Positions 48,208-57,299 of a DNA stretch of 64,000 nucleotides are shown here, in pieces. The translations under genes were made by a program, and so were the position numbers. The DNA comes from a virus (Duplodnaviria; Caudoviricetes). Numbering within the stretch: the stretch's first letter is position 1; each line of letters starts with the position of its first letter. The notes under the pieces were generated by a model. The model saw nothing but the letters and a program-made list of their open reading frames with translations. It had not been told where the DNA came from and searched no databases. The DNA lies in the IMG/VR virus record IMGVR_UViG_2600255250_000001, positions 17,742 through 81,741 of that record. One strand, given 5' to 3'.

Positions 48208-48417
48208 ATGCAGTTCACCGGCATCATCCGCAACTGGGTCGAGGACCCTTACTACAAATGCATCTGGGGCCAGGTCTTCGGCGACATCCTCGGCCGCTTC
48301 CCCGATGGAAAACAGATCCACACGTCTCGCGTCATCGAGCTGAACCGCGAGGCCGGCTACGTCACCACACACTCGGGCAACATCTACAAGCTCGAAGAGG
48401 AAAAGGTGGACGCCTGA
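48208..48417 (+). CDS. Hypothetical phage protein
   Basis: AGGAG RBS; WGQVFGD..GRFPDG..IHTS. Confidence 0.6.
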   Translation: MQFTGIIRNWVEDPYYKCIWGQVFGDILGRFPDGKQIHTSRVIELNREAGYVTTHSGNIYKLEEEKVDA

Positions 48418-48601
48418 TGAGGATCGCCGTCATCTCTGGAACCACACCCAACGCAAATACGTCGCCCGACCCGGAAGCGAGAAGAGCTTCACGGGCGACA
48501 TCAGGAAAGCACAACAGTTTCCGTCCAAGACCGCTGCTGAAGCTGAGTGCTACGGCAACGAGCACGTCGAGATGTGGAACGGACTGGAGAGGTTTACGTG
48601 A
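48417..48601 (+). pseudogene. Small phage protein with apparent frameshift near 48434
   Basis: Removing a CT duplication gives MRIAVIWNHTQRKYVARPGSEKSFT...CYGNEHV, coupled at both ends. Confidence 0.45.
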
Positions 48602-48780
48602 CCCTTGACGACGCACAGGACACCTTCCGTGACCGGAAGACGCAAACCGCCGCCGCCGACTACCTCAAGACGGCACTCGAATATTGGCGCGACGACATGA
48701 TCGGAACCACCACTTTGATCTCGGCCATCGAAGAGGTCGAGCGCAGTCTGAGACAGCATGAACTGGAATGGTTCAAATGA
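48598..48780 (+). CDS. Hypothetical protein
   Basis: GTG start, GAGG RBS. Confidence 0.5.
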   Translation: MTLDDAQDTFRDRKTQTAAADYLKTALEYWRDDMIGTTTLISAIEEVERSLRQHELEWFK

Positions 48781-48950
48781 GTAAAGCCAAACAACAGCGC
48801 ATCCAGCGCCGTGTCCTGAACAAGACCCTGGACTTCTTCCGGGGCATCAGCGGCCGGCGGCTCGCTGGCCGTAGCCATGGTCGTGGTTTGAGCCGCGACC
48901 AAATCAATGAACACAGCACTCGGGTCCTCATGGACGACCCGGTCGACTAA
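48777..48950 (+). CDS. Small basic protein
   Basis: ATGA overlap, followed by terminator. Confidence 0.45.
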   Translation: MSKAKQQRIQRRVLNKTLDFFRGISGRRLAGRSHGRGLSRDQINEHSTRVLMDDPVD

Positions 48951-48978
48951 CAACCCACAACACCAACACATCCACAAC

Positions 48979-49009
48979 AAGGCTCGCTTCGGCGGGCCTT
49001 TTTCTTTTT
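48979..49009 (+). terminator. Intrinsic terminator
   Basis: AAGGCTCGC-TTCG-GCGGGCCTT followed by T run. Confidence 0.8.
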
Positions 49010-49021
49010 GGAGAGAAAGAA

Positions 49022-50383
49022 ATGACCCGTTACACGATCCGTGACAACAAGACGAACGAAATCCGCAACAACCAGACCTTCGAGAATTACTGCAGCGCCT
49101 TCGACGAGCTTCAACGCATCGGCGCCAATTGGCAGCGTACCCTGTACCTCCATGACAACCGTTGGCGCGACGATTGGAACCGTGCCCAGACGCTCGATCT
49201 GACCGAGTTCGGCTTCGAGCCGATCAAGGATCACTTCCTGATGCTCGCCAGCGATGACTCCGCCGATGCGGTGTACGTCACCTATTTCCAGGATGAATGG
49301 GCCGGCGCCAAAAGAAAGCGCACCTCGCCCATGAAGCTGGGCCGCTACCTGAAGCAGTTCTATCCGCAGCTCACCGACGACGAGGTCACCACCCAGTCGA
49401 CGACCATCTTCACGAAGCTGCTGAAGATGGACCTCCAGCTGGCCTATAGCGCCGACGACATCCAGGCTATCTACGAGGAAAGCCACGCCGGCGCCTGTGG
49501 CTCCTGCATGAGTCACAGAATGGACTCCGGTCATTGGAATTCGTGGCAGAAGGACCACCCGGTTCGCGCCTATGCTGGCCCCGACCTGGCCCTGGCCTAC
49601 ATCCGCAAGCCCGTCACCGGCGAGCTGCTCGGCCGTGCCCTCGTGTGGCCCGAGAAGAAGAAGTTCGGATCGACCTACGGCAACTACGACAAGATACGAG
49701 CTGCCCTTCGACAGGCCGGCTACACGTCTGACGGCAACTTCGACGGCGCTCGTATGACCCGGCTCGTGCAGCGCCGGAACGGCAACACGGTCTATCTGGC
49801 CTGTCCGTACCTCGACAACGGAAACGGCTGCCATGACAATGGCGAGTACCTGGTCATGGGTCGGAACTCAGCGTACGACCGCAAGGATAGCTCGCAGAAT
49901 GGTTACATCACCATCCAGGAGTATCGCTGCGCCATTAGCGGTGAATTGATCCCGGCTGCCAAAGCGTTCGAAGTTATGAGCCCCGACGGCCTGAGCACTG
50001 TCTCCATCCTTCGCGACCTCAGGGACACGCACACCGAATATCACCACGGCTCCCGTTGGTTGAAGTCCGACAATGACGACGACTACATCGTCGTCGGCGA
50101 CGGCAAGCGCCTGCCACGTGGTGTGGTCTCGAACTACTATCGTAAGTGTGCTGTGACCAAAAAGTTCTACCTCCCGTCAGAAGGCATGAACACCAACGAC
50201 GGATGGGTCTGCAACCAGGTTTATTTCAGAGACTATGTCGTTTGCCAGGTGTCGAAGTCCGTTCTCAAGAAGGACCGAGCGGTCTGGATGGAGCACGGCG
50301 CCTGGTGGCACCCTGAGATGCTCCGAACCCATGGTGTCCAGGTCGAGGGCAAGAACTACGCTCGCCTTCTCCAGGCCGCATAA
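49022..50383 (+). CDS. Uncharacterised 'SCM-motif' protein, copy 1
   Basis: GSCMSH, AYAGPDLALAY, GRALVWP, YG, CPYLD, Cys-rich C-term. Confidence 0.75.
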   Translation: MTRYTIRDNKTNEIRNNQTFENYCSAFDELQRIGANWQRTLYLHDNRWRDDWNRAQTLDLTEFGFEPIKDHFLMLASDDSADAVYVTYFQDEWAGAKRKRTSPMKLGRYLKQFYPQLTDDEVTTQSTTIFTKLLKMDLQLAYSADDIQAIYEESHAGACGSCMSHRMDSGHWNSWQKDHPVRAYAGPDLALAYIRKPVTGELLGRALVWPEKKKFGSTYGNYDKIRAALRQAGYTSDGNFDGARMTRLVQRRNGNTVYLACPYLDNGNGCHDNGEYLVMGRNSAYDRKDSSQNGYITIQEYRCAISGELIPAAKAFEVMSPDGLSTVSILRDLRDTHTEYHHGSRWLKSDNDDDYIVVGDGKRLPRGVVSNYYRKCAVTKKFYLPSEGMNTNDGWVCNQVYFRDYVVCQVSKSVLKKDRAVWMEHGAWWHPEMLRTHGVQVEGKNYARLLQAA

Positions 50384-51306
50384 TGGAAAAGTACCTGGAA
50401 ATGTTGAGCTTTTGTAGACCAGCCGGCAGCGTTTACGAGGAAGCCTTCGTCGAGAAGTATCTCCGCGAGCCTCACCGGCCCATCGAGGACGGCTACGGCA
50501 ACCAGATCATCGATGTGGGGTCCAAACCCAATATCGTCTGGTCCTCGCACACCGATACCGTCCATCGTGACAGCAGGCTTCAGCACATCGAAGTCGGCAA
50601 GAAGGATGGATTTGCCCGTGTCGCTCCCAGGCAGAAGCTCTCCAACTGCCTGGGAGCCGACTGCACGACTGGCGTGTGGTTGATGTTGGAGATGGTCGAA
50701 GCCGGCATCCCCGGCCGCTACATCTTCCACCGTGCTGAGGAGCGGGGCATGCTCGGCAGCACCTGGCTCGCCAAAAATGCTCCTGAGTGGTTGAAAGGCA
50801 TCGACGCTGCCATTGCATTCGACCGCATGGGCACCAACGAGGTGATCACCCACCAGGGCAGCTGTACGGCGTCCAATGAGTTCGCCACGTCTCTCGCCAC
50901 CATTCTCGGCGGCGCCTACAAGCCCAGCTCGAATGGTGTCTACACCGACACCAAGGCCTACGCCAGGATCGTGCCCGAATGCACGAACATCGGCGTCGGC
51001 TACTATCGCCAGCACAGCCCCTCAGAGAGCCAGGACCTGAACCACCTCAAGTGGCTGCGAGACGTGATGGTCAAGTTCGACCAGAGCACCCTCGTGTTCA
51101 AACGCGATCCCGCCGCCGTGGCCGAATATGATCCCTACGACTTCTACGAATGGGATCAGGCTCAGTACGATTGGAGCGCCTACGTCAACCTCGTCCGCAG
51201 GAACCCCAGCACGATCGCTGCGATCATGCAGGACCTGGGCTACGACTACGACAAGCTCGACATCGACATCTACAAGCGAAATCGTAACAAGACCTCAGCC
51301 CTATAG
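50383..51306 (+). CDS. M28-like Zn metallopeptidase, copy 1
   Basis: SHTDTVH, LGADC, AEERG, AFDR, YTDT, QH..SE. Confidence 0.82.
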   Translation: MEKYLEMLSFCRPAGSVYEEAFVEKYLREPHRPIEDGYGNQIIDVGSKPNIVWSSHTDTVHRDSRLQHIEVGKKDGFARVAPRQKLSNCLGADCTTGVWLMLEMVEAGIPGRYIFHRAEERGMLGSTWLAKNAPEWLKGIDAAIAFDRMGTNEVITHQGSCTASNEFATSLATILGGAYKPSSNGVYTDTKAYARIVPECTNIGVGYYRQHSPSESQDLNHLKWLRDVMVKFDQSTLVFKRDPAAVAEYDPYDFYEWDQAQYDWSAYVNLVRRNPSTIAAIMQDLGYDYDKLDIDIYKRNRNKTSAL

Positions 51307-51357
51307 ACTAAGCTCCGATAGAGCTTTCATCTGGAAACTCACCACCTATATCCAGAC

Positions 51358-51796
51358 ATGTTGTCACCAGATGAACGTCGAGCACGAGATCGAGGTTATT
51401 ACGCCAAGATGTCCTTGGTGCGAAAACTGAGAAAAGTAGCGCTTCAGGATAATCGGCGTTTATCCATCACTAGAGCAATCCAGGGACTACAAGTCGACAA
51501 TGAAGTGTGCATGTGGAGAAGACCACCCAGGCTGTCTGGATTTTCATCACGTAACAGATGACAAAGAGGTAAACGTCGGTGACGCTGTCCGTCTGGGTTG
51601 GTCGATCAAGCGGTTGATGACCGAAATTAATAAGTGCGTAGTGATGTGTTCAAACTGTCATCGAAAACATCACTACGTTAGATATCTGGGTGTAGCTCAG
51701 CCTGGCCAGAGTGCTCGGTCTGGACCCGAGAAGTTCGTAGGTTCAAATCCTACCACCCAGACCACGGAACGTAGCTCAAGTAGAGCCCTGCATTGA
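51358..51796 (+). pseudogene. HNH endonuclease, frameshifted near 51480, 3' end runs into tRNA-Pro
   Basis: CACGEDHPGCLDFHH...EINKCVVMCSNCHRKHH; one extra C separates the N-terminus. Confidence 0.65.
51686..51764 (+). tRNA. tRNA-Pro(TGG), phage-encoded, atypical C33/A37
   Basis: CTGGGTG/CACCCAG, CTCGG-TCTGGAC-CCGAG, GTAGG-TTCAAAT-CCTAC, ACCA. Confidence 0.8.
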
Positions 51797-51837
51797 TAAA
51801 AGCGGTTATGGAGGTTCTACTCCTCCCGTTCCGTCCA
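51765..51837 (+). tRNA. tRNA-like gene (GAT anticodon?), degenerate loops
   Basis: CGGAACG/CGTTCCG, GCTC/GAGC, GGAGG/CCTCC all pair, encoded CCA; short D loop and enlarged anticodon loop. Confidence 0.6.
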
Positions 51838-52044
51838 CAAACAGCGCATAGCCCAGCCGGGGGTGGCGCATGTAACACCGGCAGTCAGAGCGAGCCGCCC
51901 TCCTTTCCAGCGCAAGCTGTACTAGGCCGTGATCTGATGGGTAGAGCGTTTTACGCCTATCCTAACCAGTTCTCGTAATCCACCGACCATGATCGGGGTC
52001 TTCATGGAGGCCGCAAGAACTGGTTTGGACAGGTGTAGGCACCC

Positions 52045-52202
52045 ACACGGACCATCGGTCGACCGGACCATCCCAGCTCTTGGCTATGTCAAAGGCAACG
52101 TCCAGGTCCATGTCGATGAGAGCGAACCGGATCAAGTCGAACGCCACCCTCGATGAGATCGAGGCACTGGCTGTGTACCTGCGTAAGGTCGTGCTGCACT
52201 AG
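52045..52202 (+). pseudogene. HNH endonuclease C-terminal remnant
   Basis: PSVDRTIPALGYVKGNVQV / MSMRANRIKSNAT with a frameshift near 52109. Confidence 0.6.
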
Positions 52203-52232
52203 CTGATCACTTGGAAACAGAACGATCCGCCT

Positions 52233-52257
52233 GGCCCCACGTTATGGGGCCTTTTTC
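52233..52257 (+). terminator. Intrinsic terminator
   Basis: GGCCCCA..TGGGGCC followed by T run. Confidence 0.7.
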
Positions 52258-52273
52258 ATTTTGGAGAACCATA

Positions 52274-52474
52274 ATGAGCCGTGAACAATTCCTCGTGGAA
52301 GTGATCCGTGAGAACCACCAGTGGCATCTCGATTACGATGATGTCGAAGGCTACCCAGGCAGCGATCTGCACACCCGGAACCTCGAAGCACTGGCACCAC
52401 TCAAACCCCGCTGGCCCATGCTTCTAAACCTTCGCAAACAACACAAACGTAAGGATCTACCCAATGCCTCGTGA
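52274..52474 (+). CDS. Hypothetical protein
   Basis: GGAG RBS. Confidence 0.5.
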   Translation: MSREQFLVEVIRENHQWHLDYDDVEGYPGSDLHTRNLEALAPLKPRWPMLLNLRKQHKRKDLPNAS

Positions 52475-53045
52475 ACAGGAGGTTAGTGATGTTTTCGAGC
52501 CAGGAGACATCGTCCGTCTCCGATACGGCACGGCCTCAATGATCGTCATCCAGGCCGGCCCCACCCACCTAGTCGCCCGCTACAAATCTGACCCTCATGG
52601 CAGATCGTATGGCACCCCACAACCCCGCAGAAACTCGGACTTTGTCCGGATTGAAACAAAGGAAACCATCACCATGTCGAAGCTTTACCAGACCATCACC
52701 GAGCCCAATCGCTTCGGCTCGTTCCTCGCTCACAACAGCGCCGGCCAGATCGTTCTCGAAATGAAGGGCACCAGCGGCGGCGTCGAGGCCTTCAACCCCG
52801 ACGCGGTCGAAGAGGTTCGTCCCTACACTGTTGCGGCAGTCAGTGGAGGTTCTCCCAGGCACTTCATCACCAAGAAGGGCTCTGTCGACAAGGGCGATGT
52901 TGTTCTGACACCAACCGGCATGCTGCTCCACATCATCCGGCTCGACACCAAATCCGCGAAAGTCGAGGGCACCTTGAAGGGACGCAAGCTCCTTTCGGAA
53001 GCAGTCGATCTGCCGGCGAACGAGCTGGAAGAAATCGAAGACTGA
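52464..53045 (+). CDS. Hypothetical protein (SH3/KOW-like start FEPGDIVRL)
   Basis: Clean ORF; start uncertain. Confidence 0.55.
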   Translation: MPREQEVSDVFEPGDIVRLRYGTASMIVIQAGPTHLVARYKSDPHGRSYGTPQPRRNSDFVRIETKETITMSKLYQTITEPNRFGSFLAHNSAGQIVLEMKGTSGGVEAFNPDAVEEVRPYTVAAVSGGSPRHFITKKGSVDKGDVVLTPTGMLLHIIRLDTKSAKVEGTLKGRKLLSEAVDLPANELEEIED

Positions 53046-53084
53046 TCAACCTACCCGACCCGTTCCTTTGGAGAAATCTCGAAA

Positions 53085-54302
53085 ATGGCTTCGTTCGAAA
53101 TCGTTGAAGTGACCGGCGCCGGCAATGTGTCTTTGCCGCATCTTGGCGTCTTCCCTGACGGCAAGATGGCTGCTGGTGTCGTAGCGTCCATGCTCCTTCA
53201 CAATCCCGAGAAGAAGTATCAGCCTCGTCCGATCATGGTGTCGGCTGACTGGCGTAAGCGGGAGACAGAAAAGAACCACCCGCACTTACCATGGGGGGAT
53301 GCCCTCAAGCCGATCCCTGACCACTTTGCCTGTGTGTCGGACAAGGACCCGGCAATGGTCTCATACTTCGCGAGTGAGAACTCGGGCAAGCTCGACCGGC
53401 GGACCAACGTCCACGTCAACCGCTATCTGCTGGAGTTCTATAGCTTCTTGCCGGTGGACACGCGGCGTCGACTGGTTTGGAACTTTACCGGAGAGAACCC
53501 GGCAAATCTGCTGTTCGCCTCAACCGCCGAGGACATCGTCGACATTTACGAGCGCGGTCCCAGCTCCTGCATGTCCCACGAGTCTTCCTACTACGCTCCG
53601 GATGAAAATCCAACGGCCGCCTACGCAGGTCCTGACCTACAGCTGGCGTATGTCAATGATGAGTATGGCGATCCTGTTGCCCGCACCGTGGTCTGGCCTG
53701 CAAAAAAGATCTTTTCCACGATCTATGGTGACGAGGAGAAACTTCTGCCTGAACTGAAGAAGCTCGGCTATCGGAAATCGTTCTTCGAGTTCGAAGGCGC
53801 TCGTCTGACACTTCGGAGAGCCGGGGGATATTTTGCCTATGACGGCGAGGATGTCTCTGGCTATCTTTGCCCCTACATCGACTTCGCGAGCAGTGTCGAA
53901 CCCATCGATGGCTACCTGGTCGTCACCCGCAAGGGAAGATATGAATGCCAAAGCCAGTCTGGCGTCGCTGAGAGGGCCGCAAAACGTTGCTGGAAGTGCA
54001 AGAGCATGCGCAACCAACATGCCTTCTTTGATGTGGACGAATATCCCACCGAGTCCGTCTGTCAGGACTGTGCTCACGACAAGCTGGTCATCTGCGCCTA
54101 CGAGCAGCGTTACCTCTCACTCGGTTGCGATGCCCATGCCATCAGTGGTGGCCGATACGTCGGCAACTATGCCTATCGACATCACACCTTCGTCTGCCTT
54201 GGCAATGGTCAGCGCTACCTTCAAGACGAGGCGGTCTACCATCAAGGCGACAAGTACTCGGAAGAGGGTCTCGCTCAGTTTCTGAGGTCTAAAGCGGCTT
54301 AG
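53085..54302 (+). CDS. Uncharacterised 'SCM-motif' protein, copy 2
   Basis: SSCMSH, AYAGPDLQLAY, ARTVVWP, IYG, CPYID, CxxC repeats. Confidence 0.75.
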   Translation: MASFEIVEVTGAGNVSLPHLGVFPDGKMAAGVVASMLLHNPEKKYQPRPIMVSADWRKRETEKNHPHLPWGDALKPIPDHFACVSDKDPAMVSYFASENSGKLDRRTNVHVNRYLLEFYSFLPVDTRRRLVWNFTGENPANLLFASTAEDIVDIYERGPSSCMSHESSYYAPDENPTAAYAGPDLQLAYVNDEYGDPVARTVVWPAKKIFSTIYGDEEKLLPELKKLGYRKSFFEFEGARLTLRRAGGYFAYDGEDVSGYLCPYIDFASSVEPIDGYLVVTRKGRYECQSQSGVAERAAKRCWKCKSMRNQHAFFDVDEYPTESVCQDCAHDKLVICAYEQRYLSLGCDAHAISGGRYVGNYAYRHHTFVCLGNGQRYLQDEAVYHQGDKYSEEGLAQFLRSKAA

Positions 54303-54837
54303 CACCTTTCCGAAGATTATCAGGCGCCCAGAGTGGTTGATAGTTGGTGTAGTGGCAGGCCTGCAAGAACTGGTCTCGATCAGTCAGATCGAACGAGGCC
54401 AGAGGTCTCTTGTGGTCCAGATGCCACTCACCATAGTTCTGCCAGGTCATACCGGGTTGAAACAGGCTGGTGATGATGATCCGGAGCGTCAACAACGTGC
54501 AGCCTAAATCGGCAACGGCTGAGCCCTGACCCTTCACAGCTTTGTAGAGCCGTGACCGCAGGTAAGCCGCCAACTTGAAGGACGGGTCCACAGCCCTGCG
54601 TCGGTTCTTGTACTCTCGGCTTTTCTGGAGGTGAGCTTGCTTACGTCTTTGATAGGTTTCTGCATTGGAAGCTGTCGAACGTAGGGGATCAGCTTCTTTC
54701 CACTCCTTCGCAGCGAGTTTCAACCTGTCCTGATTGGCGAGGTAGTAGCCCTTTGCGTAAAGCAACCTCTTTTCATGGTTCTTCAACCGGTAAAGTCTTG
54801 CATTTCTTCTCTTCATCTCAGGGTCGGCATAAGGCAT
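54289..54837 (-). CDS. HNH endonuclease
   Basis: LGCT, GMTWQNYGEWHLDHKRPLASFDL, CHYTNYQPLWAPDNLRKG. Confidence 0.85.
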   Translation of the reverse strand: MPYADPEMKRRNARLYRLKNHEKRLLYAKGYYLANQDRLKLAAKEWKEADPLRSTASNAETYQRRKQAHLQKSREYKNRRRAVDPSFKLAAYLRSRLYKAVKGQGSAVADLGCTLLTLRIIITSLFQPGMTWQNYGEWHLDHKRPLASFDLTDRDQFLQACHYTNYQPLWAPDNLRKGAKPL

Positions 54838-54874
54838 CAACCTCATATAATGAACCGAAAAGGTCCAAACAACT

Positions 54875-55771
54875 ATGCAAGAATTTCTTAACATGATCCG
54901 CTACAAGCGCCCGGCGTTCTCCGCGACGGAAGAGATCTTCGTGAACAAGTTCATCCGTCCACTCGGCACCAAGACCGATAAGTTTGGCAACCTGATGAAG
55001 TCGATCGGTGATCACCCGAACACCCTTTGGTCCTGTCACACTGACACGGTTCACTGGACTGAGGGTCTACAGAAGGTCATTCACAACGACGACACCGTGG
55101 CGCTACCCGAGTCCTCGCACTCAAATTGCCTGGGTGCCGACTGCACCGCTGGTGTCTGGTTGATGACGGAGATGATCAAGGCCAAGGTCCCCGGCCTCTA
55201 CGTGTTCCATCGCGACGAAGAGAACGGCGGCGGTGGTTCCATGCACATCGCCAGCAAGACTCCTGATCTGCTCAAGGACATCGACGCGGCCATCGCCTTT
55301 GACCGCTTCGGCACCAAGTCGGTCATCACCCACCAGTTCGGCCGCTGCTGCTCAGACGACTTTGCAGATAGTCTTTGCGAGCAGCTGCCGGGCTCGGAGA
55401 AGGACGACAGTGGCCTGTTCACTGATACGGCCAACTACGTCGATCACGTCTCGGAATGCACAAACATCTCGGTCGGCTACGCCGGCCATCATAGCCACAA
55501 GGAAGTCCAGAACCTGAAGTTCTTGAACGATCTCAAGAACCGCATGATCAAGCTGGACACCAGCAAACTGCGGTTCTCTCGCGACTTGAAGGACACCGGC
55601 TACCCCCGGTACAAACCGCAGTTTGCAGCCAGTCGTTTCGATGACTGGGTGTCCAAAACCAGAACTCTGGAAGACCTTATACGTGCCAACCCCGGCGCAG
55701 TTGCAGACCTGTTCGAAATGTACGGCCTGACGGCCGGCGATCTGGAGGAGCACATCCATGGCTCACATTAA
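54875..55771 (+). CDS. M28-like Zn metallopeptidase, copy 2
   Basis: CHTDTVH, LGADC, DEENG, AFDR, FTDT, HH..KE. Confidence 0.82.
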   Translation: MQEFLNMIRYKRPAFSATEEIFVNKFIRPLGTKTDKFGNLMKSIGDHPNTLWSCHTDTVHWTEGLQKVIHNDDTVALPESSHSNCLGADCTAGVWLMTEMIKAKVPGLYVFHRDEENGGGGSMHIASKTPDLLKDIDAAIAFDRFGTKSVITHQFGRCCSDDFADSLCEQLPGSEKDDSGLFTDTANYVDHVSECTNISVGYAGHHSHKEVQNLKFLNDLKNRMIKLDTSKLRFSRDLKDTGYPRYKPQFAASRFDDWVSKTRTLEDLIRANPGAVADLFEMYGLTAGDLEEHIHGSH

Positions 55772-56054
55772 CATCTGTGGGAACTGGGGAACGCTCGTCG
55801 TGAATGCGGAAACCGGGGAGGTGGAAGATCACCACCTCAACGGTTCCGGATACCAGCACATCAAGAAGTTCGACATCGCCGAATATACCAAGGCCTATGG
55901 CCAACCTCCGGTCGGCGATCTCGACATCTTGGACCTTGGCTACTGGGCTGGCGATGGAACCTACATCGAGGCTGACGAGTACCATCGCGAGATGACTGGC
56001 ACCGGCTGGTCACCAATCATAGCCAACGAAGCGACGGGAAGGGTGCTGCAATGA
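55758..56054 (+). CDS. Hypothetical protein
   Basis: GGAGG RBS. Confidence 0.6.
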   Translation: MAHINICGNWGTLVVNAETGEVEDHHLNGSGYQHIKKFDIAEYTKAYGQPPVGDLDILDLGYWAGDGTYIEADEYHREMTGTGWSPIIANEATGRVLQ

Positions 56055-56491
56055 CCAAGTGGCCTGATCGACTTACGCTGCGAGACACCAAAATCCACGC
56101 CGATGAAGGTCAGCGCATCTACACGACCGCCACTGGGTACGGCTACGAAAAATGTGAATACATCCGCGCCGATCTCAACGCACCGGAAGTCAATACCGAT
56201 CGATCTCTCGTAGACGAACTGACAGGAGCGCTCCGCTTCATCATGGCCTTCTACGAACCCGGCCAGCGCTACCTCGACACCGAAGCATGGAAGCATGCAG
56301 AGGCCGGTGGCCGGCGAGCGCTGGCTCGTGGTGAAGCTGCTCTCAAGGAAGGGGTTACCAGCGTCCCCCAGCTCGGCGGTGCGCCTGACGATCTGCACAA
56401 CTTGATCAAGGTCACGTTCGCGGACATGTCCATCGAGCGGATGAATGAGGTTTGTCAGCAAGTCCTATCGATGCGGAAGGTGACAGCATGA
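56051..56491 (+). CDS. Hypothetical protein
   Basis: ATGA coupling on both sides. Confidence 0.55.
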   Translation: MTKWPDRLTLRDTKIHADEGQRIYTTATGYGYEKCEYIRADLNAPEVNTDRSLVDELTGALRFIMAFYEPGQRYLDTEAWKHAEAGGRRALARGEAALKEGVTSVPQLGGAPDDLHNLIKVTFADMSIERMNEVCQQVLSMRKVTA

Positions 56492-57012
56492 GCATCGTCA
56501 GCCAAGCCTCATACTTCACCGCTGGCGCCCACGCAGCGGTGGGCCAGAAGAGAAAGTACTGCGGGGAGGACTACATCCACCATCCCGCCCGTGTTGTCGC
56601 CCTGGTGCGCTCTGTGACCCACAATCAAACGAATATGTGTGCCGCAGCCTGGCTGCATGACACCGTCGAGGATACCAAGGTCACGCTTGAGCAGATCGCC
56701 TTCCACTTCGGCGAAGAGGTGGCGGCTCTGGTTGAGCAGCTTACTGACCCATCCGTGCCCTCAGACGGTAACCGTGCCGCTCGCCGAGCAATCGACCGTG
56801 AACACACGGCCAGGGCCTCGCCCGATGCCAAGACCATCAAGCTCGCTGATCTGATCGACAACGCTTCGTCGATCACACAAGCCGACGCCTCCTTCGCCAA
56901 GGTCTACATGACCGAGAAGAAGGCGCTGCTCGAAGTCCTGACCGAAGGACACCAGTCCTCCTCGCGAAGGCCAAGCAGCTGGTCGATCAATATTTCGATC
57001 ACCAATAGATAA
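56488..57012 (+). CDS. HD-domain small alarmone ((p)ppGpp) hydrolase, SpoT/Mesh1-like
   Basis: AH..GQKRK..GEDYIHHP, AAWLHDTVEDT, LTD, IKLADLIDN; possible late frameshift near 56953. Confidence 0.85.
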   Translation: MSIVSQASYFTAGAHAAVGQKRKYCGEDYIHHPARVVALVRSVTHNQTNMCAAAWLHDTVEDTKVTLEQIAFHFGEEVAALVEQLTDPSVPSDGNRAARRAIDREHTARASPDAKTIKLADLIDNASSITQADASFAKVYMTEKKALLEVLTEGHQSSSRRPSSWSINISITNR

Positions 57013-57080
57013 CCGCCCAACACTCCTTCTCACTTTCAGGGAACAACACAACATGACGACAAGTCATGAGAGGAAAACGC

Positions 57081-57299
57081 ATGTCAAATTTCCAGCTCTA
57101 TGCCGTAGAGCCGCAGCAAGATGGGACCGAGGATATCTTCGGTCCTGAAGTCGCCGCTGAGATGAAACTCCCGTTTGATTACGGCTGGGACCACTGGAGT
57201 GTATACCAGGGTGCTCACAAGGTCGCGGACTTCACTGACTACCAGCTGGCCTTCAACACGGTCTCAGCCCTTAACGCCACGATGCTGCTTGCATCGTGA
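57081..57299 (+). CDS. Hypothetical protein
   Basis: GAGG RBS. Confidence 0.5.
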   Translation: MSNFQLYAVEPQQDGTEDIFGPEVAAEMKLPFDYGWDHWSVYQGAHKVADFTDYQLAFNTVSALNATMLLAS

